Assembly: GCA_964650455.1 (NCBI GenBank)
Contig: CAZYTV010000003.1
Coordinates: 1-51,461 of the forward strand
Source of the DNA: an uncultured Chitinophaga sp.
GTDB lineage: Bacteria > Bacteroidota > Bacteroidia > Chitinophagales > Chitinophagaceae
Length of the DNA: 51,461 nucleotides
Reading direction: 5' to 3'
In this document: in pieces, positions 1 through 9,380 of the stretch
Position numbering within the stretch: the stretch's first letter is position 1
Layout: each line of letters opens with the position of its first letter
Translations under genes and position numbers: made by a program
Notes under the pieces: model-generated
What the model was told of the DNA's origin: nothing
Databases searched by the model: none
What the model saw: only the letters and a program-made list of their open reading frames with translations

Positions 1-2
1 AG

Positions 3-497
3 CAGGTGAATGGTGATACCGGGGAATACCCGATGGCGTATAAATATCCGATCGACCTGAACGTGATTCCACAGATTGATGTATTCCTGGATAATGGCTA
101 CACCAAGGAAGAAATGAAAATGGTGAAAGAGACCAACAAGATTATGCGGGATGATTCCATCCGGGTAACGGCCACTACGGTACGTATCCCGGTCATGGGC
201 GGACATAGTGAAGCGGTGAATGTGGAATTCGCCAATGATTTTGACCTGGCCGAAGTAAAAGCGTTGTTGCAGTCTGCTCCCGGTGTGGTGGTGGTGGATG
301 ACCTGGCTAACCAGCAATACCCTATGCCCATGGATGCCCATGAGAAAGACGATGTATTTGTTGGCCGGCTCCGCAGAGATGAAAGCCAGCCCAATACGTT
401 AAACATGTGGGTGGTGTCCGATAACCTGCGCAAAGGGGCGGCGACCAATGCGGTGCAGATCGCGGAATACCTGAGTGCAAAAGGATTACTCGCCTAA
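3..497 (+). CDS. asd: Aspartate-semialdehyde dehydrogenase, C-terminal part (5' end outside window)
   Basis: Motifs NVIPQID, NGYTKEEMKM..ETNKI, ATTVRIPV.GGHSE, VGRLRRD and WVVSDNLRKGAATNAVQIAE are typical of type B Asd. Confidence 0.95.
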   Translation, partial: QVNGDTGEYPMAYKYPIDLNVIPQIDVFLDNGYTKEEMKMVKETNKIMRDDSIRVTATTVRIPVMGGHSEAVNVEFANDFDLAEVKALLQSAPGVVVVDDLANQQYPMPMDAHEKDDVFVGRLRRDESQPNTLNMWVVSDNLRKGAATNAVQIAEYLSAKGLLA

Positions 498-1154
498 GGC
501 GTGATTGATAAACTGAATCATCGGTTGCAGTGCTTCAAAAGCTGCAACCGTTTTTTTTACCAGGTCTTTCGAAGTAAGATCCGTGTCTTTGAGGTTGGTC
601 AGTGCGACATAACTTTTCAGTTTCAGGTATTCGCCGGCAGGATTATCCGCTTCATACCCTTTGGGTAAACGGGTTAATGTATATTCAGCCGAACGGGATA
701 GATCCCCATACAGAGATTTGAATTTTTTATGGGCCAGTATCTTTTTAAAATCCGCATAATTATAATCGATCTCCTGCCTGATCTTACTCAGTTCCGGCGG
801 CATCGGCATCCATAAACCACCTCCCACAAAAGCCTGTCCCGGCTCGCCATGAAAATAATATCCTGCCAGGATCGATTTTTTGCCACCCGGATTGAAGTAG
901 GCTCCCATATTGGTTTTGTAAGGCGATTTGTCTTTGGAGAAACGCACATCCCGGTTGATCCGGAACATACAATTCTTTGCCAGCATACTACTGAACTCCG
1001 GATTTTTTTTGCTGAATTGGGTGATGACCGCCTGCACAAAAGCCGCAAAATCTGCTTTTGCGGCTTCATAATTTTTCCGGTTCGTTTCAAACCAGGGTTT
1101 ATTATTGTTTTTCTTGAGTGCCTTGAGGAAATTCAATGTTGAAGGCTGGAGCAT
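486..1154 (-). CDS. DUF2461 (TIGR02453) family protein
   Basis: FLKALKKNNNKPWFE..R..YE and FRINRDVRFSKDKSPYKT signatures; 222 aa. Confidence 0.9.
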   Translation of the reverse strand: MLQPSTLNFLKALKKNNNKPWFETNRKNYEAAKADFAAFVQAVITQFSKKNPEFSSMLAKNCMFRINRDVRFSKDKSPYKTNMGAYFNPGGKKSILAGYYFHGEPGQAFVGGGLWMPMPPELSKIRQEIDYNYADFKKILAHKKFKSLYGDLSRSAEYTLTRLPKGYEADNPAGEYLKLKSYVALTNLKDTDLTSKDLVKKTVAAFEALQPMIQFINHALGE

Positions 1155-1187
1155 GAGATAAAATTTCTTCTAAAGGTAGAGGATGGG

Positions 1188-1215
1188 AAGTCAAAACTCA
1201 AAAGTCAGAATTAAA
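1188..1215. repeat. Degenerate heptamer tandem array (aagtcaa-aactcaa-aagtcag-aattaaa)
   Basis: Four 7-bp units read directly in the intergenic region. Confidence 0.55.
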
Positions 1216-1279
1216 AAACAAATAGGTTGGGTTGTCTTTCATATCCCATCACACTGATTTGTTACAGGTACCCGCTTTC

Positions 1280-1314
1280 TACCTCGTACCTCGTACTTCT
1301 TACTTCGTACTTCA
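1280..1314. repeat. Heptamer tandem array, 5 x TACYTCN
   Basis: tacctcg-tacctcg-tacttct-tacttcg-tacttca. Confidence 0.85.
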
Positions 1315-1337
1315 CTTCACTCCCGCTTAGCTATATC

Positions 1338-1361
1338 AAGGTATTTCCCGGGAAATACCTT
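1338..1361. repeat. Perfect 24-bp palindrome (possible hairpin or protein-binding site)
   Basis: AAGGTATTTCCC|GGGAAATACCTT is its own reverse complement with no spacer. Confidence 0.85.
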
Positions 1362-1402
1362 ATTTACTTTGCTGTAACAAAATCACCTAGGTAAGGGCTG
1401 TT

Positions 1403-1437
1403 GACTCCCGACTCCCGACTACTAACTACTAACTTAT
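1403..1437. repeat. Heptamer tandem array, 5 x RACTNNY, overlapping the HNH gene stop codon
   Basis: gactccc-gactccc-gactact-aactact-aacttat. Confidence 0.8.
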
Positions 1438-1994
1438 TTCACCCTTCCCCAATTCTCCCCGCTCTTAATACGGTACAGGGTCATTTCACTCACGTCGTAC
1501 TTTGCGGCAAGCTGACGGATGCTCAGGTTGCGTTTTTTATTGGCGAGTGTGGCTTTGATCTTACTGACCTGTGACGCGGTGAGTTTGAGTCCGGTGGTCT
1601 TGTTGGCCTGTTTTACTTTATAAGCTTTTTTCGCCGGGCTCTCCTGCTGATGGGCCATCATTTCCTCGAGGCTGGCCCATTTCAGGTTCTTGACATCATT
1701 GTCCAGTTTATTGTGGTTCTTATGAATAACATATTTATGAGCCGCTGATTTGCGGTTCACCATCAGTTTGGCAATTTCCCGATGAATGTAGAGGGTGCCT
1801 TTGTTATCCGGCCGGTGAAGGTTGAGGGTGCGGTATCCTGTGGTTAAGGAACCGCTTAATAATTTTCCATCCGTTATGTCTTCTTTATAACTGGCGATGC
1901 GGCCTTTACTAGATACAGCATAACGATTCCTCAGTTGCCTCCATCCGGAAAAACTCAAAGGTTTCCAGACTTCACCGGCTAATTTTTTAATCAT
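1434..1994 (-). CDS. NUMOD4-HNH(I-HmuI-like)-HTH protein, probably nuclease-degenerate
   Basis: N-terminal EVWKPL...YAVSSKGRI (NUMOD4); YIHREIA...VIHKNHNKLDNDVKNLKW (HNH_3); C-terminal HTH SIRQLAAKYDVSEMTLYRIKSGENW. Confidence 0.8.
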   Translation of the reverse strand: MIKKLAGEVWKPLSFSGWRQLRNRYAVSSKGRIASYKEDITDGKLLSGSLTTGYRTLNLHRPDNKGTLYIHREIAKLMVNRKSAAHKYVIHKNHNKLDNDVKNLKWASLEEMMAHQQESPAKKAYKVKQANKTTGLKLTASQVSKIKATLANKKRNLSIRQLAAKYDVSEMTLYRIKSGENWGRVK

Positions 1995-2106
1995 GGTAGT
2001 TTTTTTTTTAGCCAGGAAAAGGTTGCTTTAATAACGGAAATACATCAGGTTACAGGTGCAATTCGTTCTCTACTAAGTTAGACCATATTCATATCAACCG
2101 CAATAA

Positions 2107-4233
<2,127 letters not shown>

Positions 4234-4290
4234 TTAATCAGCAGCCGGGTATAAAAAGCGTTCCGTTCCTGTATATGGGCGGGAAAAATT

Positions 4291-4311
4291 AATGTGTCGT
4301 TAGTACATATT
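4291..4311. promoter_or_regulatory. NrtR-type operator (TGTGT-N7-ACATA) upstream of amylase-nrtR
   Basis: aatgtgtcgttagtacatatt; GT-N7-AC core typical of NrtR boxes; sits just before a Bacteroidota -7-like element TAACTTCG (4315-4322). Confidence 0.7.
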
Positions 4312-4381
4312 TATTAACTTCGAACCCGGATATCCGGACCGGATCTGTCTTGCCGGAATCCGAATTGCTAAAAAGCTTGCT

Positions 4382-7294
4382 ATGAAAAAAACTGCAACAC
4401 TGCTGTTTGCATTGGTAATGGTGATTGTGTCAGCCAATGCCCAGTTACTCACCTGGACACCTGATTTTTCCAAAGACAATGATAATATCAGCATTACCAT
4501 GGATGCCAGTAAAGGCAACCAGGGTTTACTGAATTATAGTACGACATCGGATGTATATGTCCACATCGGCCTGATCACCAGTGCCAGTACGAGTGCCAGT
4601 GACTGGAAATATGCCAAATTTACCTGGGCGTCGACCACGGCCGCGGCGCAAGCCACTTATCTCGGCAACAATAAATGGTCTTACAGCATTAATAATCCCC
4701 GTACATTTTTTAATGCACCCACCGGTGTTCCGGCAGGGGAAACGATTCTAAAAATCGCGATCCTCTTCCGTAATGGTGCCGGTACCATTGTGCAGCGCAA
4801 TACGGATGCCAGTGATATGTACATCCCGGTCTATGATAATACCATTGCCACCCGTTTTACCGTTCCTCTTTTCCAACCTACCAATATCCGGATACCTGAG
4901 CCCATTTCAAAACAGGTGGGCGATAATATTCAGTTGACCGCCACTGCCAGTATTTCATCCACGATGAAATTATTCCTGAATGGTACGGAGATACAAACTG
5001 CTTCGGGTGTAACGACCATTTCTGCCAACCCGGTGCTGAGTACCGGGGGCAACCAGACGATCCGCGTGGATGCGATTGACGGGGCCACCACTAAATCGGA
5101 ATCCTTCCAGTTCTTTGTATCCACCCCGGTGAATATCGCTCCTTTACCGGCCGGTGTGCGGGATGGAATCAATTATGAAGCAGGGAATACTTCAGTAGTG
5201 CTTGTTTTATATGCACCCAACAAGACAAGGGTATCGGTGATCGGTGAGTTTCCCGGCAGTAACTGGGCCGAGCAAACTAACTATGTAATGAACAAAACAC
5301 CGGATGGCAATTACTGGTGGTTGCGGATCAGCAACCTGACCCCGGGAACAGAATACGCTTTTCAATACCTGGTGGATGGCAACCTGAAAGTAGGTGATCC
5401 TTATGCAGAGAAAATCCTGGATCCGAATAATGACACTTATATCACGGCCACTGTATATCCATCGTTGAAAGCCTATCCCACCGGTTTAACCTCCGGCATT
5501 GTAAGCGTGCTGCAGACCAATGCACCCGCTTATAACTGGGCCGTCAGTAATTTTGCCCGTCCGGATAAACGCAACCTCGTGATCTATGAAATGCTGCTGC
5601 GTGATTTTATTGAGGCCCATGACTGGAAAACACTTCGCGATACCCTGAATTATTTCCAGACAATGGGTATCAATGCCATCCAGTTGATGCCGGTCAATGA
5701 ATTTGATGGCAATGAAAGCTGGGGTTATAACCCTTCCTATTTTCTGGCACCGGATAAATATTATGGTCCAAAGAACCGGATGAAGGAGTTTATCGACAGT
5801 TGTCACCGCCGTGGCATTGCCGTGATCATGGATATTGCCCTCAATCATACCACAGGCGATAATCCTCTTGCCAAATTGTATTGGAATAGCAGTACGAATC
5901 AGCCGGCGGCCAATAATCCCTGGCTGAATGTAACTGCCACCCACCCGTACAATGTATTCAATGATTTCAACCATGAAAGCCTGCCCACCCGTTACTTCAC
6001 CTCCAGGGTGGTGGAACACTGGCTGCAGGAATATAAGATCGACGGATTCCGTTTTGACCTGTCTAAAGGATTTACCCAGAATGCACAGTGCGGGGCCAGT
6101 ACCAGCAATGAAGCCTGTATTGCACAGTATCATGCTGACCGCGTGGCGATCTGGAAACGATATTATGATTCCTGCCAGTTAAAAGCAGCGGGCAGTTATG
6201 TGATCCTGGAACATTTTGCAGCGGAAAATGAAGAAATTGAGTTGTCAGATTATGGCATGTTGTTATGGGGCAATGACACTTATAATTTTGATGAAGCCTC
6301 CATGGGCTGGGTCAATACTTCCAATTTTGACCGTTATCTCTACAGTTCCCGTGGCTGGAACAAGCCACACCTGGTGAGTTATATGGAGAGTCATGATGAG
6401 GAAAGGATGATGTACAAAAACCTGAATTTCGGCAATACCACAAACAGTGCACATAATGTCAGGGATCTGCCGGTTGCTTTAAGACGGGTGGAACTTTGCG
6501 CCGGTTTCTTCCTGGCTGCCCCCGGTCCGAAAATGGTATGGCAGTTTGGCGAACAGGGATATGATTTTTCGATCAATCGTTGTACTGACGGGACTATTAA
6601 TAACAATTGCCGGCTGAGTAATAAACCCATCCGCTGGGATTATTTAACGGTTACGGGCAGAAAGAGACTCTATGATATTTTCAGCAGTATGAATAAACTC
6701 AGGGCTCATCCCTGGTATAAAGATGTATTTACCGCCAATAATATTACCATCAGCCGCAGCCTGGCCGGGGCGTTTAAAACACTGACCCTGCGAAGTGCCA
6801 CCGATACCTCCATGTTATGTGTGATCGGCAACTTTGATGTGAATGCACAGACCAATACATTCACCTTCCCGGCAGCGGGTACCTGGTATGATTACCTGGG
6901 CGGCACTCCATTTACTTCCCCCGGAACCGCGCAGAGTTCTCCGCTTCAGCCCGGCGAATTGCATGTATTTGTAAACCGGAACCTGACCAATGCCGTAGTG
7001 ACTTCCGATGGCGGGGTAACCCCGGCAGGCACTGCCTTTACCGCTTCTGTCTTCCCGAATCCCGGAGTGGCCGGTTCACAACTGGAGATCAATACACCCC
7101 AGACAGGCCTGGTACAGGCAGAACTTTCAGATATCAGTGGCCGTAAACTGGGTACCGTTTTATCTCAAACTTTGACAAAAGGGAAGCACCGGATAGCTAT
7201 CGGTGAAAAAATAAGTATGTTGCCGGCAGGAATCTATATGATGTCCATCAGGACCGGAACAAAAACCATCCAGTTAAAACTGGCAATTCAATAA
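4382..7294 (+). CDS. Secreted GH13 alpha-amylase-like enzyme with N-terminal CBM-like modules, CBM48 and T9SS type A C-terminal domain
   Basis: Signal peptide; SWGYNP, DIALNH, DGFRFDL (nucleophile), ILEHF (acid/base), ESHDEER; C-terminal VFPNP...DISGRK...GIYM..KLAIQ T9SS signal. Architecture recalls Bacteroides ovatus BoGH13A-type amylases. Confidence 0.88.
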   Translation: MKKTATLLFALVMVIVSANAQLLTWTPDFSKDNDNISITMDASKGNQGLLNYSTTSDVYVHIGLITSASTSASDWKYAKFTWASTTAAAQATYLGNNKWSYSINNPRTFFNAPTGVPAGETILKIAILFRNGAGTIVQRNTDASDMYIPVYDNTIATRFTVPLFQPTNIRIPEPISKQVGDNIQLTATASISSTMKLFLNGTEIQTASGVTTISANPVLSTGGNQTIRVDAIDGATTKSESFQFFVSTPVNIAPLPAGVRDGINYEAGNTSVVLVLYAPNKTRVSVIGEFPGSNWAEQTNYVMNKTPDGNYWWLRISNLTPGTEYAFQYLVDGNLKVGDPYAEKILDPNNDTYITATVYPSLKAYPTGLTSGIVSVLQTNAPAYNWAVSNFARPDKRNLVIYEMLLRDFIEAHDWKTLRDTLNYFQTMGINAIQLMPVNEFDGNESWGYNPSYFLAPDKYYGPKNRMKEFIDSCHRRGIAVIMDIALNHTTGDNPLAKLYWNSSTNQPAANNPWLNVTATHPYNVFNDFNHESLPTRYFTSRVVEHWLQEYKIDGFRFDLSKGFTQNAQCGASTSNEACIAQYHADRVAIWKRYYDSCQLKAAGSYVILEHFAAENEEIELSDYGMLLWGNDTYNFDEASMGWVNTSNFDRYLYSSRGWNKPHLVSYMESHDEERMMYKNLNFGNTTNSAHNVRDLPVALRRVELCAGFFLAAPGPKMVWQFGEQGYDFSINRCTDGTINNNCRLSNKPIRWDYLTVTGRKRLYDIFSSMNKLRAHPWYKDVFTANNITISRSLAGAFKTLTLRSATDTSMLCVIGNFDVNAQTNTFTFPAAGTWYDYLGGTPFTSPGTAQSSPLQPGELHVFVNRNLTNAVVTSDGGVTPAGTAFTASVFPNPGVAGSQLEINTPQTGLVQAELSDISGRKLGTVLSQTLTKGKHRIAIGEKISMLPAGIYMMSIRTGTKTIQLKLAIQ

Positions 7295-7313
7295 CAGACC
7301 AAAAGCTGCAGCG

Positions 7314-8045
7314 ATGACGGAGAAAGCCTTACAACAACTGAAAACGGCGGAGACGGAGAAGATCAGTCACCTTGATTATTTCAATATTGGTATATCGATT
7401 GACTGTGTGATACTCGGATATGATGACAAAGAACTTAAAGTCCTGCTGATCAAATCGGATATGCAGGAGTTTTCCGGTCTCTACTCCCTGCTGGGCGATT
7501 TTATAAAACCCGATGAGGACCTGGAAGCGGCTTCTTACCGGGTACTCAAGGAAAGAACCGGGCTGGATGATGTTTTCCTGGAACAGGTAAAGACTTTTGG
7601 AAATATTTACCGTCACCCTTCAGGACGTGTTATCACTGTAGCTTATTATTCACTGATTGATGTGAGTAATCACAAACTGCAACTTGACCTGAATGAACTG
7701 CACTGGCATCCGGTGGATGAAATAAAGAAACTGGCTTTTGACCATAAACTGATCCTGGATACCTGTCTCGGCCGCCTGCGGGAGCAGGTGATGGAACACC
7801 CGGTGATTTTTAACCTGTTGCCGGAAAAATTCTCCCTGCGCGAATTACAGGAACTCTACCAGGCTATACTTGGCGTGGAACTGGACCGCCGTAATTTCCG
7901 GAAGAAAATCTCGATCAAAGACTGGCTGGTGGATATTGATGAAATGGAACGGGATGTGCCGCATCGTCCCGGTAAATTATACATGCTGAAAAAGCAATAC
8001 CGGAACAAAACAGCCAAAGGAACCATCCCTCATCTGATGGCCTGA
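7314..8045 (+). CDS. NrtR-family (Nudix + winged HTH) transcriptional regulator
   Basis: SIDCVI, degenerate Nudix box GDFIKPDEDLEAASYRVLKERTG, LAFDH, wHTH FSLRELQELYQAILGVELDRRNFRKKI, RPGKLY. Confidence 0.92.
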   Translation: MTEKALQQLKTAETEKISHLDYFNIGISIDCVILGYDDKELKVLLIKSDMQEFSGLYSLLGDFIKPDEDLEAASYRVLKERTGLDDVFLEQVKTFGNIYRHPSGRVITVAYYSLIDVSNHKLQLDLNELHWHPVDEIKKLAFDHKLILDTCLGRLREQVMEHPVIFNLLPEKFSLRELQELYQAILGVELDRRNFRKKISIKDWLVDIDEMERDVPHRPGKLYMLKKQYRNKTAKGTIPHLMA

Positions 8046-8046
8046 T

Positions 8047-9042
8047 TCAGAGGGAGCCGCCAATTACCAGGCGGGAAGGAAGTATGATTGATCGGGAAGG
8101 GGTGGGCCCAGCCATATTTTCCAGCATCCGTTTCACTGATAATTTTCCCAGTTCAAATCCACTGGTTTCGATATAGGTGACTTCCGGTTTATAAAGACCC
8201 GGAATAAACCCGTTGCTGATCGCCAGTACCGATACATCATCGGGTACACGCAGATCAGATTGGTGTACACTTTTCATAGCCCCGATCAGCAGTTCATCGC
8301 TCATGCAAAAGATATGATCTGGTTTGTTTTTTTTACTCAGCACTTCGGCGGTAATCTTCCGGGCTGCGGCACTGTTCAGGCAGTGCCGGATATCGATTGA
8401 GGGGGCTGACTTTTCTTTTTCAAAAACTTTCAGGAAAGCCTCTTTTCTTTTCTTTGTAATGGAAAGCTCGGCATTGCCCAACAGCGCCAGTATTTTTTTC
8501 TTTTTATACTTGAGGATGGTATTCGCCGCCATCGTTGCCGCTTCCTCATCGGCCATACAAATCGTATCCAACCCGGTTTCTTCCGGTACCTTATCAAAAA
8601 ACACCACCGGGGTACCGGAGTCTTTTAATTTATGATACAAAGGTGCCGAATTACTGTCGGCCACCAGGGAAATAAACACGCCATCAACCCGGTTCAGTTT
8701 ACAGAGTTTGAGATTCTCCGCTTCCTGCAACGGATCATCACCCGACTGCAGAATAATCAGTGAATAGCCATGCCGGCGGGCCTCCTCTTCCACAGCCGCG
8801 ATAAAGGAATCGTAAAACAGGTTTGAGATGACTGGTACAATAAGACCAAATACACGGCTTTTATTGGTACGCAGGTTTACGGCATAGGCATTTGGCTCAT
8901 ATTCCATCAGCAAGGCGAGCTCTTTTACTTTGCGTTTCGTGTTTTCGGAAATATCCGGATGATTCTTCAACGCACGGGAGACCGTAGAAATACTGATATT
9001 CAGTTGCGTTGAAATCTTTTTAAGTGTGGCGGGGCTTCCCAT
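8047..9042 (-). CDS. LacI-family transcriptional regulator (LacI-1)
   Basis: HTH TLKKISTQLNISISTVSRAL, YEPN..A..LR hinge, sugar-binding domain. Start placed at ATG 9042 rather than TTG 9087. Confidence 0.93.
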   Translation of the reverse strand: MGSPATLKKISTQLNISISTVSRALKNHPDISENTKRKVKELALLMEYEPNAYAVNLRTNKSRVFGLIVPVISNLFYDSFIAAVEEEARRHGYSLIILQSGDDPLQEAENLKLCKLNRVDGVFISLVADSNSAPLYHKLKDSGTPVVFFDKVPEETGLDTICMADEEAATMAANTILKYKKKKILALLGNAELSITKKRKEAFLKVFEKEKSAPSIDIRHCLNSAAARKITAEVLSKKNKPDHIFCMSDELLIGAMKSVHQSDLRVPDDVSVLAISNGFIPGLYKPEVTYIETSGFELGKLSVKRMLENMAGPTPSRSIILPSRLVIGGSL

Positions 9043-9081
9043 AAGCAGGTAATCGTATAGAATATAAAAGTAATTTTTCCA

Positions 9082-9108
9082 CCGCAAACATTTGCGGAAA
9101 TGTTTTCG
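9082..9108. promoter_or_regulatory. Two overlapping LacI-type operators
   Basis: CCGCAAACATTTGCGG (9082-9097) and CGGAAATGTTTTCG (9095-9108); AAAC/GTTT-type palindromes between divergent lacI-1 and susC1. Confidence 0.7.
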
Positions 9109-9136
9109 GTCTTTTTTTGCGGCATCAAACCCGTTG

Positions 9137-9157
9137 AGCGTGTTCTTGATACATCTA
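9137..9157. promoter_or_regulatory. Weaker NrtR-type operator upstream of susC1
   Basis: agcGTGTtcTTgaTACAtcta matches GTGTnnTTRRTACA; followed by -7-like TAAATTTA (9166-9173). Confidence 0.55.
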
Positions 9158-9380
9158 AATAACTATAAATTTATCCCGGATTGGAAATTTAACATTCTTT
9201 TTTTGAAAGCAGCAATGCGAAGGAATTAATTGCCTGAATCAAAGAACGAACGACTTTCCACCCCATTTTCGTTGAAACAAAAGCCGGTCCCCCCTTTTAG
9301 TTCCAGTGTTACATACGGATCAGGCCATATGAAGTTTGGATTATTACTCCGATTATAATTTTAAAAAAAATCGATTGCTT

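Noticed and set aside
1188-1437. Short repeats as a CRISPR array
   Set aside because: The units are 7-bp tandem repeats without spacers, and there are no cas genes.
1434-1994. HNH gene as an active mobile homing endonuclease or intron marker
   Set aside because: No interrupted host gene, intron structure or phage genes nearby, and the metal ligands are substituted.
9043-9087. ORF-track N-terminal extensions (lacI-1 9087, susC1 9336, MFS 25192, VHPO 38458 and 40809)
   Set aside because: The extensions run through operators, promoters or neighbouring genes. Downstream ATGs give proper HTH or signal-peptide starts.
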